Source of the DNA: Felis catus
Taxonomy: Eukaryota
Assembly (NCBI RefSeq): GCF_018350175.1
Contig: NC_058369.1
Span: 6,636,001 to 6,700,000 of the forward strand
Direction of reading: 5' to 3'
DNA: 64,000 bases
The notes beneath the pieces were generated by a model. That model saw only the letters and a program-made list of their open reading frames with translations, had not been told where the DNA came from and ran no database searches. Below, one piece after another: positions 38,590 to 51,033 of this stretch. Numbering within the stretch: position 1 is the stretch's first letter; each line of letters opens with the position of its first letter. Made by a program: the position numbers and the translations under genes.

Positions 38590-39225
38590 GAGAGAGACTA
38601 AGCAAAGAAGGCAGAGAGATGAATGGGAAGAAAGGTGGACAGATGGGATACCTGGATGGACAGAGGAAGAATGAACAAATGAGGGGTAAAAGGGAAAGCA
38701 AGAATAAACACAAGGAAGGAAAGTAAGAGAGATGGATGGAAGGACAGAAGGCAAAAAGGACAAAAAGTGAACAAGCAGAGGATGGATGGATGGATGGAAG
38801 GAAAGAAGAAAGGAAGGAAGGAAGGAAAGAATGGAGGAAGGGTAGAAGAATACATGAAGGATAGAATGAATGAGGGATGGGAGAAGCAGGGAAAAGGAAG
38901 AAAGGATGAATGGACGGATGAATGGATGAAAGGAAGGAAAGAATGAAAGATGTATAGATGGAAGAATGAATGAAGGACAGAACGAATAAAGGATGGATGA
39001 AGGGGGGAAGGAGAGATGGAGGATGGATAAATGAGAGAATAGAAGGAAGAAGGAAAGGAAGGATGATGGATTAGTGGATTGATGGACAAAGGGAAAGAAG
39101 GAAGGAAAGAAAGATTGAAGGAAGGAAGAAAAGAAGGAGGGAAGGAAGGCGGGAAGGAAAAGTCCAAGAGAAGGATAACTGGGAGAATGGAAGAATGGAT
39201 GGGTTAAAAGATAGATGAAGGGACC
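38590..39225 (+). repeat. Purine-rich degenerate (GGAT/GGAA)n low-complexity array
   Basis: Visible ggat/ggaa/gaat tetramers over ~630 bp. Confidence 0.9.
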
Positions 39226-39516
39226 ATTGGCTAAGTGAATGGGAAAATTTGGCCAAGCCACTAAGTGGCCACCATAATTTGCAGCTTGATATTGAGGCCC
39301 CTTTTGTGGCCCTTGTAGATTTTGTTTCCAGGAGGCACGAACTACAAGGTCATTATCTGACCTCAACCCCCATCCCTATAGGAAATGCTTGCTCAAATTT
39401 CTTTCTCCAACCCGGATGGGTGTGGAAAGTTTAGAAAGCCAATACTGGGCAAGCTCCCTTTGTTAGTGAGGAGAAAAGCTTGGCTCAAGATGGGTACGGG
39501 GTGCAAAGATACATAC

Positions 39517-39552
39517 TTGTGGGAGGCTCATCTGGACCACGCTCGTTATAAC
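39517..39552 (-). CDS. MUC16: MUC16 linker microexon (36 nt)
   Basis: (G)YNERGPDEPPT; AG/GTATGT. Confidence 0.9.
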
Positions 39553-40917
39553 CTGGAAACAGAAATGTCACACATAAGGGGAGGGGACAGAACAATCCCA
39601 GACATTCCATGCCTTTGTCCATATGGTGCTCCAGCTGGATGCCTCTCTTTCTATGTACCAGGTGACCATCTATGCATCTTCTAAGACCAGACTCCAATGT
39701 CATCTCTACCATTAAGGATTTCCTGATCTTCTGGTTAGAAACAACCCTTCCCTGTCCACCTCTCCAGCATGCCCCCACGAGACTCTCACCACATTCATTC
39801 CCCCACATACTCATTCATCCCACCCTCTGCCCTTCCATCCTCCCTCCAATCTATCCCTCCATCCAACAAATATTTATTGAGAACCTACTATGTACCAAGT
39901 TCCATTACATTTGGGGAATACAGCACCGAACAAAATGTCTCTGCACCTCTGGAGCTTACATTAGGACGGGTTGCACATGCCGCCTGTCTGTGTCCCTGGT
40001 GCCAGGCACAGTGCCTAGCTTCTAGCAGATGCTGGCGAATACTGACCAAGTGAGAAAGAAGAAGCACATAACTTGTGCAGTTTACCGGAGGAAACATCCT
40101 ACCCTGGCCTCTGCAATGGCCAAGGCGAAGGGAAGAGATATGAACTCGGAACACCAAGACCCAGACTGGCCACAAACCTACTGCGGGCATGGGCAGGTCC
40201 CTTCCTTTCTCTGTACCAGCTCCCTCTTTGCTAAAATGGGCGTCATAAAGGACCAGGATGTCCCCCCGCTCACCTGAGGTGGCAATGGTGACAAGAAAGT
40301 GTGAGTTGCCAAACTCCGTTCCCAAGTTGGAAACAGAGAGGAGAGAAGCTGAGTTACTCCAATGAACTTCACTACAGCCATGCTCTGCCCCTTAGAACCC
40401 CAGAGAAGGCTCACCCTCTTAAACACTGTCCCTTCCTGGATGCTAGGCTGATGTCCAGTGTGTCCAAAGCTCAGGCCCCACAGATGTTCAGAGCGCCCAC
40501 CTTAGTTCCGGCATTGGGGTCCCACCCAGAAGAGTAGACCATCCATGGTCAAGGGTGAGAAGGTGGTAGGGGAGACAGATGTGGGATTTTCCTTCCCCAT
40601 GTCTCTCCCAAAAGACTCTTCTAGGAGTTAAAGGCACTGGACGCTGACTGCTGGGGCTCATGCCCAGCTTCACCCCCCTCCAACTACACCCACTTGGACA
40701 AATTAATCTTTCAGAGCCTCCATTTCTACATCTGTAAAATAGGTGTGATCAAGGACAGCCTTGCAGAATGACTGTGGGAGGATGGGAGTCAGTGTGGAGT
40801 TGAGGTTCACGCCTGAGTCTGTCCCAAGGTTTCCGCTAGAGAACTGACCTGTGGTTAATGGAAACGTTTCCAGAGATGGGGAAGCTGAAGCAGTGAGGTG
40901 GGTGGAGAACAACTCAC

Positions 40918-41090
40918 CATTGAGGTAGAGGCTGTCCTTGTCCAGTGAATAGGGGCCCAGCCGGGTGATGCCACGGGTCTGCCTGCTCAGTTCATGGAAC
41001 ACCTGTTTGGCAAGTAGACCCGGGCTGCTGGGGTGCTGCCGGTAGGTGCAGAGGATGTTCACTCTCGTCTTTGCGCCATTCTTCACGGAC
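40918..41090 (-). CDS. MUC16: MUC16 SEA exon (173 nt)
   Basis: (R)SVKNGAKTRVNILCTYRQHPSSPGLLAKQVFHELSRQTRGITRLGPYSLDKDSLYLN. Confidence 0.94.
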
Positions 41091-41564
41091 CTGAGGAAGA
41101 AGAGGTTGATGCTTGGGGACTGTAGCCCACGTGGCATCTCTGTACCCGAGGTCACCGCACACCTCATATCCTGTGTTCCAGCCTTGTTGAACCATTCACA
41201 CTTTCTCCACCTGGCCACATTCTCTCACCCCAGGATCTTTGCACATGCTGTGACTTCTGTCTGGAGGTTTCTCCCTGTCTCTCCTTACCTGGGTAACTTC
41301 CGGTCATCTTTCAGGTCCCAACTTAGATACCTCCTCCTTCTCCAAAAACCCTCCCAGGCTGGGTCAGGAGAGGGTTCGGGCTGCCACAGTACCTCATGCT
41401 TCCCCCATCACAGGCCTGGTTGCCCTCAGTGTGAGCATCTATTATTTGTTCCTGTTGCCTCCAGACAGTGGCCTCCATGAGGTCAGGAAATAGGACGACA
41501 GTCTAGCTCATTGTTGTAGTGAACCCCTAGTACCTCTCACATTGCCTGTTCCATGTAAAAACCA

Positions 41565-41976
41565 GCGTCCTAATGAATGGATAAACAAAATATGACATAT
41601 CCATACAGTGGAATATTATTCAGCTTTAAAAGGGAAGGAAATTCTGACACCTGTTAAAACATGGATGGACCTTGAGGACTTTGTGGTCAGTGATATAAAC
41701 CACACATGAAAGGACAGATATCATATGATTCCACTTGTATGACGTACCCAGAGTAGTCAAATTCATAGAGACAGAAAGTAGAATGGCGATTGTTAACATC
41801 TGGGGGTAGAGGGAAGCTGAGAGCTGCTGTTTAACGGGTATAGAGTTTCAGTTTTACAAGTTCTGGAGATTGGTTGCACAATATGAGTACACTTAACACT
41901 ACTGAGTTGGACACTTAAAAATGGTTCGGATGGTAAATTTTATGGTATGTGTACTTTACCACAATTAAAAAAAAAC
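41565..41976 (+). mobile_element. L1MA/L1MB 3' end
   Basis: gaatggataaacaaaat ... gagtagtcaaattcatagagacagaaagtagaatgg ... ttttatggtatgtgtactttaccacaattaaaaa. Confidence 0.8.
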
Positions 41977-42663
41977 AATTCCTGACAAGACTCTGGAAAG
42001 TCTAATCCAAATGTCTGGAAATTCGCCTCCTTCTCTCTGCCCCTAGCTCTCTGTTCCAGCCACATTGGCCTCCTTGCTGTTCACTGAGCATGCCAAACTC
42101 ATTCCTACCTGAGGACCTTTGCCCATGCTGTTTCCTCTGCCTGGAACAGTTTTCATGGCCAAATCCTTGTTTCCAGTTGGGACCCAGCTGAGAAATCACC
42201 ACCACAAAGGGCTGGAGTATCCCAGGTAAAGCTGTTTTCCCATCTCTTATGTATTATGCTCATCACCTTACTGCACTTGAAACCACTTTAGATATCTCTC
42301 CTTCTACTTATTTTCTGCTTTATCCACTAGATGAGCACAGGGGCAGTGTCTGCCCATCACTGTGGGACCCACCACTTGCCTCAGAGGAGCCACACCACCA
42401 ATGGCAGTGGAATGAAAATACAGATGGAGAAGGGCTTCATAAACGCCAAGAGAACACACACTGACCCAGAAAAGTGCGAGTAATTGCCCAGTGGGTACAG
42501 AGTGATGAAGAGTTTCAGAACTAGATGGTGGGGAAGGGTGACAACATCATGCATGTAGCAGATGCCACTGAAGTGTATGCTCGAAAATGGTTAGAATGGC
42601 TAATTTTATGTCTATAGATATTTTATGACAATTACAACAACGTAATATCAGAAAATGGATGTC

Positions 42664-42888
42664 GAACCATAAGAGACTCTTAAATACGGAGAATAAACTG
42701 AAAGTGGATGGGGGTGGGGGAGAGGGGAAAATGGGTGGTGGGCATTGAGGAGGGCACTTGATGGGATGAGCACTGGGTGTTGCATGGAAGCAATGAACCA
42801 CGGGAATCTACCCCCAAAACCAAGAGCACACCTTACATACTGTATTTTAGCCAATTTGACAATAATTATATTTAAAAAAAAAAAAAAC
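42664..42888 (+). mobile_element. Carnivore L1 3' UTR fragment
   Basis: aaccataagagactcttaaatacggagaataaactga ... ccaatttgacaata plus A tail. Confidence 0.8.
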
Positions 42889-42984
42889 GATGCCAAAAAG
42901 GACCCTTCAAGACAGTCCACCACAACCGGGCCCCCACAGTCCTTGTCCTTTGGCGGTGGGCCATGGTGGGTGGGGGATTCTCAC

Positions 42985-43052
42985 CTTAGTGAGGTGACCT
43001 TGCAGCCTGTATATCGGGTACCCAGACTGCTCTTCTGGAACAATGGGCCCAG
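42985..43052 (-). CDS. MUC16: MUC16 SEA exon (68 nt)
   Basis: LGPLFQKSSLGTRYTGCKVTSL(R). Confidence 0.94.
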
Positions 43053-43144
43053 CTGGAGAGGAAGGAGAGAGCCAGTGTGGTCAGAGGTGGCGACAGCCCC
43101 TAGAGGGGGTCATGGAGGCACAGAGGCAGAAGTCGTGCTCTCAC

Positions 43145-43269
43145 CAGGTGCTGCATGAGGGTATCTGTGATGTTGAACTTGAGGGAGCCGGGGCGGCCCA
43201 TGTCCGCTGAGTAGCGCAGGTTGTCGATGGTGAAGTTCAGTGTGAACAGCTCCTCACGGGCCTCCCCAG
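43145..43269 (-). CDS. MUC16: MUC16 SEA exon (125 nt)
   Basis: (A)GEAREELFTLNFTIDNLRYSADMGRPGSLKFNITDTLMQHL. Confidence 0.94.
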
Positions 43270-44299
43270 CTGTGGTAAGTGCAGAGAGAGCCAAGGCTTG
43301 TGGGAGGTCGGGTGCCCAACATCCACCCACAGTGGGCCTTCCAAGGGCCTCTTGTCCTCCTCCCAGGAAACCCGAGGGCCACGTGTTAATGGAGACAACT
43401 CCAGCAGCAAGGAAGGATAGGCTTAATGATCTGGGGGCTGGAGATGGTGTTTCCAACCCAGGTGCAGGAGGGGAGGGTTCTGTGGAAATGCTGGTGGCTT
43501 TGTTCTTTCCCAGAAGGAAAGGCTCCAGCTTACCATGCTGATGTGGGACCAAGGATAACCCCAGACATGTTCCTTCACTTTCTTTCTGTTCCCCCATCTC
43601 TATCTCTTTATCTCTCTGTGCCTCTGTCTCTCTTTTCCTCTCTGTCTGTCTCTCTCTGTCTCTCTATAACACCCAGGTATGCCAATCTTCTAGGCATTGT
43701 GTTAAAAAAAAAACAACTAGCAGCTGTAACCAATCTCTCTGCACCTCAGTTTACTCATCTGTAAGATAATAATGATTCCTACTTCAAAAGTTGTTATGAG
43801 GTTTGAACAAGTCGAATTTTGTAAAGTGCTTAAGCACAGTGCTGGGCACTGAGTAAACACCTATTTGAGTGTTTATTATAGAAGACAAATAAGCAAATAC
43901 TTCCTGATCACTCACTGCAAATGGAGTTTTTACCCAGATGAATATGAGGTGGGCACTAGACTTCTCCACACTAAACAAAGGAGAACCACAGCACAGAAAT
44001 GATCTCCTGCTCAGGGTTACATGACTGGAGGGAGGGAAAGTCAGGGTTTGGACCCAGGTTCTCCGACCCCAGAGTCCTTGCTCATGAACTCCCCTGCTAA
44101 CACAGATGCTCTTGCCTAGACACATGCAGCTGGCCCAGTGTTCAATAGTGGGGGTGACCTGCATAGACCCCAGGAGAAGTATAATAAATAAATATATGAT
44201 GCAAGTAAGAACAGAGGCCTGGTGGTTTGACTCCAGACTAGATAAGCAGGGAGCAGCACAGGGTCAACTGTTTAGGACAAACCTCTGCAAGAAAAGCTG

Positions 44300-45242
44300 A
44301 CCTCCCTTCTTTCCTCCTTCTCTTCTGTTCATCACTCCTTCCAAGCTTCCTTCTGTCTATCCTTCCTTCCATCCTTCCTTTCTTCTTTCCTTCCAACTTT
44401 CTATTCATCCATGCATTCATCCATTCTTCCTTCCTTCCTTCCTTCCTTCCTTCCTTCCTTCCTTCCTTCTATCCATCTTTCGTTCTTCCTCCCTCTATCC
44501 AATCTTTCCTTTCATCTATCATCTGTCTATGCACCCATCCATCTCTCCACCCATTCATCCTTCTTCCATCTCTTCATCCACCCACTCATGCATCTATCCA
44601 TGCATCCATGACATCCATCCACCTATCTCTCCACTCATACATTCTCCATCATCCATTCATCCACCCATCCCTCCCTCCTTTCCTCCCTCCATCTATGCAC
44701 CCATGACATCCATCCATGAATTTATCTATCCATGTCTCCATCCATCCATCCTCCATATTCCATCTATCAATTCACCCATCCATCCATCCATCTGTCTCTC
44801 TATCCATCCATCCTCCATCTCTCCATCCATCAACTCACTCATCCATCTGTGCACCCATGACCATCCACCCATCCAGCCAGCCAGCCACCATCCTTGCATA
44901 CATCATTCCTTCCTTCATCACTCCTAGTCCTTCCTTCTTCCCATTCATACCTTCTATGCATTATGCATCCTTCTGTCTTTCCTTGTAACCCCACTTTCTT
45001 CCACCTATCTACCTTTCCTTGCTTCCTTCCTCCAGCCTTTTTCTTCCTTCTATCCATCCATATTTGCTTCCTTCCACATTTATTTTTTCCATCTATTTAG
45101 ACATGGTTCCTCCCTCCTTTTCCCCTTCCACTCATCTTTTCTTCCTTCCATCTGCTCATCCATCTTCTCTCCTTCCCTCCTTCTGTTCATCACTTCTTCC
45201 TTCCATCCATCCCTCCACCCATCCATCTTGCCTTCCTTCCAT
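44300..45242 (+). repeat. Pyrimidine-rich degenerate (ATCC/TTCC)n low-complexity array
   Basis: Visible ccat/cctt tetramers over ~940 bp, perfect (TTCC)n ~44427-44468. Confidence 0.9.
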
Positions 45243-45789
45243 GTACATTGAATTAAGACTATAATGCTTCTGAATCTATTCCAAGGACTGGATACTGATA
45301 AACAAACCACAGCCAATTGAATGAATTTAACTTATTTTTCCTCCTATCATTTGGGGAAATATGGTTCTCATTGGACCTGAGGAGCCCAGAACTCTGCTGA
45401 TGTTGGAAGGAGCAAATGAGGATACTGTGGTGTAAAAGACCAGAGATGGGCCCATGAAGAGTTTGTGAGGGTTGTAAACACACACCTCTGATGCAAGGGC
45501 ATTTAACTCTTGAAAAAGCTACAAGGTCCTCATTCCAGGGTTTGCTGGGGATGCAATGGGAGTTTGGCCCATGAACTTGAACAAGACAAGTGTGCACCAA
45601 AAATCAGTATGTCTTGGTAAAAAAATTAACTGAGAGATGAATGAGACTGTGAGTTTTTGGAGTCAAGGAACTCCTGGTTCTATTATTTATTTGCTGTGTG
45701 ACTTGGCAGCCTCTCTGGGCTTGGGTTTACTCATATGTAAATTGGAGCTAAGTCACATGCTTGTAGCAAGAATGAAAGGATAAGGTGCA

Positions 45790-46184
45790 TGTGCTTTGGG
45801 ATGAATTGTGTCTCCCCCCAACCACCGAAATTTGAGAAGCTCCAATCCCTAGGACCTCAGTACATGATTGTATTTGGAGACAGGGTCTTTAGAGAGGTAA
45901 TTAAGTTAAAAGGAGGCTGTTGGGGTGGGCCCTAATCCAATCTGGCTGCTATCCGTATAAGAAGAGGAGATTGGGACACAGAGGGACATGGGGAACGTGT
46001 GTGCAAAGGAGTGACCATGCCAAGAGGCAGTAAGAGGTCGCCACCCACATGCCAAGGAGAGAGGCCCCAGAGAACCCAGCCCTGCTGGCACCCCCCAGGT
46101 TCTAGCTGCGAGAAAATACACTTCTGTGCTCTGAGCCACCCAGCCTGTGGTACTTAGCTTTGGCAGCCAGAGCTGACTAATTCA
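45790..46184 (+). mobile_element. MaLR LTR (MLT1A/B-like)
   Basis: tgaattgtgtctccccc ... gtatttggagacagggtctttagagaggtaattaagttaaa ... gggccctaatccaat ... gctgactaattca. Confidence 0.8.
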
Positions 46185-46325
46185 GTATGCAATTTAGCAC
46201 AGTGCCTGCAAGGCGGCCAGCCTCAGTGCGTGTTCACTGAAAATCCAACAATTGCACAACTCTGATGTCAAGACACTCAGAACAATGAGCAGAGAGGTGA
46301 GTAAAAGGATAAGAGAAGAGAACCA

Positions 46326-46550
46326 GGGGAGCACCTGCGTGGCTCGGTCGGCTAAGCATCTGGCTCTTGATTTTGGCTCAGGTCACGACTCAAGGTTGTG
46401 GGATCAAGTCCCGAGTCAGGCTCTGCACTGACGGCAAGGAGCCTGCTTGGGATTCTCTCTCCTCTCTCTCTGCCCCTCTCCTGCTTGTGCATTCTCTCTC
46501 AAAATAAATAAATAAACATTAAGAGAAAGAAAGAAAAAAAAAAAAAAGAA
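46326..46550 (+). mobile_element. CAN-SINE
   Basis: SINE head, CT body, A tail. Confidence 0.85.
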
Positions 46551-46802
46551 AGAGTACCAGGGCAGCTTTAGGAGAATCTGAGTGAAGAACATGTGAGGGT
46601 CAGAATAGTGGGGGGACAGACTTGTGTGTAAGATGCTCTAGCCCTGGGCTGGGACTCTCCACCAGATCCCAGGGAGAGAAGGGATGAATGAGGGTCCTTT
46701 CCAGTTGTTTTCCTCATCAAGGACAGGTGGCAAAGGACAACAGCTGCTCCCCAATCCCAAAGTGGGGACAAGACCCAGGAAGCCAGGGCAAGGAATACTC
46801 AC

Positions 46803-46838
46803 CAGTGGTAGTTGGGGCTGTGGCTCCATAGGTATAAC
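46803..46838 (-). CDS. MUC16: MUC16 linker microexon (36 nt)
   Basis: (G)YTYGATAPTTT; ctctctgcAG / GTGAGT. Confidence 0.9.
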
Positions 46839-47124
46839 CTGCAGAGAGAAGGCCAGAGGAGCTGAGCGGGAGTTGTGGTGAGCATAAAGGAGTAAGGGAA
46901 AGGTAGGATTTAGGGGCCTTTGTGGGAAAGGCAGAGAGGGAGAGGCAGAAGAGGGATGCTTAGGGAGGAGGTGTCCAAATAGTGGGATCGGAGGTGGCTG
47001 GAGCCCATGGTACCATCATTGGAATGAACCCAGAGCAGAGGAGAAGGAGATGGGCCACAGCTTCCTTTAGAGAAACACAAACTCTGGCTGGGAAAGAGAC
47101 CCTTGCGGGAGCACAGCCCCTCAC

Positions 47125-47297
47125 CGTTGACACAGAGGCTGTCCCTGTCCAGGGTGAAGGGCCCCAGCCGGGTGATGCCATGGGTCTCACGGCTCAGCTC
47201 CCAGTATAGCCGCTCTCTGTCCAGCCTGGGGCCCGCAGGGTCAGAGTGGACGGTGCAGACGATGTCCACTCCAGTGGCTGCACCACCCTTCTCAAGC
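47125..47297 (-). CDS. MUC16: MUC16 SEA exon (173 nt)
   Basis: (R)LEKGGAATGVDIVCTVHSDPAGPRLDRERLYWELSRETHGITRLGPFTLDRDSLCVN. Confidence 0.94.
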
Positions 47298-47753
47298 CTG
47301 GGGAAAGAAGGACATGGGGATGTTGAATACTGTTGGAGGGGTCCTTCTGGATGGGGACAGCAAGAAGGTAGAAGGCAGGAGGCGGAGAGGGTATAAAAGG
47401 GCTGGCTCTGAAGGCCAGAGGGGCTCTCCTAAGTGTCTCTTGTTGGAGATGACTCCCTCACAACTAAGAACAGAAAACACCTTAATTGGAATTGGCAGAC
47501 AAGATCTAGTGGTTCTTCCAAGAGGAAAGCTTTCATCTAAAACAGATGATCGTCTGGATTTTGTAAGTATAAGCACGATGCCTCACTTCTAGGTCTTGAG
47601 CGTTCCTACTCCGGGGGCATGAAGATGGCACGAAAGTGTTGTGATGGGTGCTGGAGGCCAGCTGTGCCAAAGGCATGCCCTGTAACTGAGCCCTGCTGGC
47701 CAGTGTGTGAGGATCCACTGGACCCAACACATCCCTCCACCTGGGGGTCTCAC

Positions 47754-47821
47754 CTGAGCGAGGCAAGTCTGCAGCCAGCGTAGAGGGGGCCAACACTGGT
47801 CTTACTGAGCAGGAGCTTGAG
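47754..47821 (-). CDS. MUC16: MUC16 SEA exon (68 nt)
   Basis: LKLLLSKTSVGPLYAGCRLASL(R). Confidence 0.93.
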
Positions 47822-47915
47822 CTGGTGGGGAGAGAGAGGAGGGTGAGCAGAACGGCTGACGGGCTAGGCGGGCGGGCATTGGTGGCGCTGATGGTGATCA
47901 TCGAGCGGCTCTCAC

Positions 47916-48040
47916 CTGGTGCTGGAGGATCCTCTTGGTGGAGTTGAACTTCAAGGAACTGGGGTGCCCCATGTCCTCAGTGTAGTGCAGGTTGGTGATG
48001 GTGAAGTTCAGGGTGAAGGACACCAGAGCGGGGCCAGTGG
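47916..48040 (-). CDS. MUC16: MUC16 SEA exon (125 nt)
   Basis: (T)TGPALVSFTLNFTITNLHYTEDMGHPSSLKFNSTKRILQHQ. Confidence 0.94.
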
Positions 48041-48196
48041 CTGCAGTAAGGGAGGAAGAGAAAAATGTCCAGCTTGGACCACGGTAAGGGCCTGGAGGTT
48101 ACCTGGAGGTTACTCTACTCTAACGGTAGAGTACTGGCAGAGGACCTAAGTACAGCCATGGACTGCAGAAGTGGAAGGAGAGAACATTATGTAATT

Positions 48197-49330
48197 CTTC
48201 ACTCATTTCATTCAGTGAGCATGTACCAGGTGTCTCATGTGTGTGAGGCTCTGTGCTGGGCTCTGCGGGTCCAAGGTGGGGCATAGGCTGCTAATATTGA
48301 GGCCAGGAGAGTGGCCAGACCATGATGCTGCAGGGGAGCCCGGAGGCTGTGCATTTCCAGAGGGGTATCCAACAAATGACTGAGGACAGCTTCCAGGAGG
48401 AAGCATCACTTCAGATGTGACCAAGAGCATGAGTAAGAGTCAGCTGAGCAAGAGGAAGAGCACTCAAGTGGAAGAATCAGCCTCTGGACACAAGCCCAGC
48501 AGGAGGACAGGGCAGTTGTACTCAAGGGACTTGAATGCTTTCATTGTGGCCACGAGGAAGTATAGATGTGAGACTGGAGGGGTCCTGGGAGCCCAGAAAG
48601 AGGGGGGGGCAGTGACTATGCAGCTCAGGGGTTTGGACATGTAGATAAGGTGGAGTCATTCAAAGATCGTCAACAAGACAGCAATTATGTGGACAGAGGG
48701 AGGGACGCTGCAGCTGCTGTGCAGAGGACTGTAGGAGGCCAGAGAAGAGGCTACTGCATTAGTCCTGGCAAAAAAAAAAATGCCCATGGCCCGAATCAAG
48801 GCTGAGTGACACAGATACAGAGAAAGGACTTGCAAGATATTACAAAGGGAGAAGAGATGATTTGGCGATGGATGGATGGATGTGGGAGGTGAATGAGAGG
48901 GAGGGCCAAGGTTGACACCCATGTCCCTGCCTTCGGTAATAAGGAAAGGGAGCAAGTTTGGGAGGAGACTGTGACTTCAGAGTCAGAGACCAAGGGCCCC
49001 GGTGATGTCCAGGAGGTGGGTGGGTGGACCAAGCATCAGAAGCTGCTTCATGGAGTGGGCTAGACTCGAGATTTGGATTCTGAGCAGCTGGACCCACAGA
49101 AGCTAGATGCTCCCTGAAACCCATGGAAATGGATGAGTTTCCTTGGGGAAGCTGAATAAGCAATGAGAGAAGAAGTGATCTTGAATGAAGGATTTCGTAG
49201 AAATGATTTTGGTACCAGTAGGACCTTCCTACTTGAGGGCTTGAGGGTTGGAGCTAGAGAAGGACGCGGAGGTGACAGCAGCAGAGGGAGAAAACCACAA
49301 GGGATGCTGTCAGAGGTGTGCTCCATCGGT
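48197..49330 (-). mobile_element. Degenerate L2 element
   Basis: ttcactcatttcattcagtgagcatgtaccagg...tgtgctgggc L2 3' end followed by typical purine-rich L2 body. Confidence 0.55.
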
Positions 49331-49599
49331 GTGGGAACGGTGGTAACAGTGGTGGCTCCTGTGATAAATTGTGTCCTTGTCTCTCTGCCCATTTAGCCTG
49401 CAGTCAGGGCGTCGTCCTCAGTTGTGTTGGGGGGAGGGCCGGCTCCTGTCACCTCCAGCTCGGCCCACATTTCCATACATGTCCTCTGGACTTCCCATCC
49501 GGAAGTGGGGGAACAGGAGGGAAGGCCTGGCTGACTGAGCAGCCCCCATCTTTAGGGGAAGGGTGGTGGTCACAGGCACACGAGGTCGGAAATACTCAC

Positions 49600-49635
49600 T
49601 GTTGGGGGTGGTGGCTGAAGCCGGTTGGGTGTGAC
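49600..49635 (-). CDS. MUC16: MUC16 extra linker microexon (36 nt)
   Basis: xHTQPASATTPN; ttctctttgcAG / GTGAGT; paralogous to 50123-50158. Confidence 0.7.
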
Positions 49636-50122
49636 CTGCAAAGAGAAGGCAAGATGAGGAGGAGGGGAACGGAGAGGTCCTGCGTGAAGGGGCAACTTGG
49701 CTGTGAGGCAGCTGGACCATCCCAGCCATGATTCCTCACAAGGAAGACAATCGGGAAGACATCTCCGGAGAGACCAAAACCTTGCCCAAAGCACAGGAAA
49801 TGTGAGCCCCAGGGGAAGTCTGAATTCATGCAGCGTCTGCTGCTGCAGAACCCACAGCGAGCAGGAGACCCACAGCCCGCACAGCCCGCACAGCCCGCAC
49901 CACGGATGGAGAGTCTGTCATCCCGGAAGCTGGGAGGAGACAGGTGCTCGGGGTGGGGACCTCATCATCCTGCAGATGCCAGGGACCGGGGGCCTGTGTC
50001 TGGGGCTCCAATGGGCATGGATCCCCATTCACCCGAGGCTGGGGTGGAGCAGGGGTGCCGAGGGCAGGCGGTGGGAGGGCCTCACGTGCTTGCAGGGACT
50101 TCTGAAGCCTCTGAATACTCAC

Positions 50123-50158
50123 TGCTGGGGGTGGTGGCCCGCGTCTGGTGGGTGAAAC
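50123..50158 (-). CDS. MUC16: MUC16 linker microexon (36 nt)
   Basis: (G)FTHQTRATTPS; AG/GTGAGT. Confidence 0.9.
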
Positions 50159-50274
50159 CTGCACAGGTTGAGGGAGAAAGGGTGAGGAGGGGGAGGAGTG
50201 AGGGAAAGGGAGGAATGGATGGAGAGGAGGATGTGGGGCCTGGAGAAGTGCAGACACGGGTGGCAGCCCCTCAC

Positions 50275-50447
50275 CATTGATGTAGAGACTGTTGGGATCC
50301 AGGGTGTAGGGACCCAGCCTGGTGACACCATGGGTCAGCTGGCTCAGCTCCTGGTACAACCTCTCTCTGTCCAGCCCAGGGCCCGTGGGGTCAGGGCGGT
50401 GGGTGCAGACGGCATCCACTCCAGTGGCTGCCCCATCCTTCTCGGGC
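50275..50447 (-). CDS. MUC16: MUC16 SEA exon (173 nt)
   Basis: (R)PEKDGAATGVDAVCTHRPDPTGPGLDRERLYQELSQLTHGVTRLGPYTLDPNSLYIN. Confidence 0.95.
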
Positions 50448-51033
50448 CTGGAGAGGGCGGGTAGAAGCAACAATTGATGCAGTCCCCAGGCAGGGCTCCT
50501 GGGACCCCTGGGGCGGGCCAGGAAGGGGCCAGGGGAAGCGAGGAGGCTGGAACCCACCTCTGGCCAGCCTGGGACCATGCACACTGTCAATGGGTGGGAG
50601 GATTTTTATTAAATTGCAAGTCTGAAACCTGCAGCCTCATGGCATGGGGACGGGAGGGCTTCTACTTGAGACAGGTGGAGAGCTGGAATTGGGGATTAAA
50701 GCAAGTGGAAAAGGCATGCTTGTCTTGAGAGGAATCCTGGGGATAGAACTGAAAACCTCAAGGAAGTACCCTCTTTGGTCAAATGGAGGCAGGAGGAAAT
50801 TTAGAAGGATGACCAGACTAGGGTCCCCATCCTACTGAGGGGCTCTGTAGAATCTGGGAACAGTTTGGGGGGGGGAGGGAGGCGGTTACAATCAGAAGAG
50901 GCCTTGATCCTGGAGCCAGTGCCTCCTGAATTCCACCTCTGCTGAGGACAGAGAGGGCAGGAAGGAAGCAGAGGGAACTCCTAGGGTCTGAAAGCGCTTA
51001 AGGCAGCCCTGGCCAGGGATTGTAAGGTCTCAC

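Noticed and set aside
38302..39366. 354-aa minus-strand ORF (and overlapping 189-aa ORF)
   Set aside because: Translation of a low-complexity (TCCA/TTCC)n array; only the last 66-nt MUC16 exon within it is real coding sequence
44411..45316. Cluster of H/P/S/I-rich ORFs
   Set aside because: Artefacts of the (ATCC)n array
49296..49358. Possible hidden S/T/P exon (ATTVTTVPTPMEHTSDSIPC)
   Set aside because: Poor polypyrimidine tract, no credible donor (GTTTTC), and overlaps a probable L2 remnant
49871..49900. (CACAGCCCG)3 mini tandem repeat between the twin microexons
   Set aside because: Ordinary short slippage repeat with no evidence of function
49826..50590. 254-aa ORF containing a SEA fragment
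   Set aside because: Intron read-through around the real 173-nt exon 50275-50447
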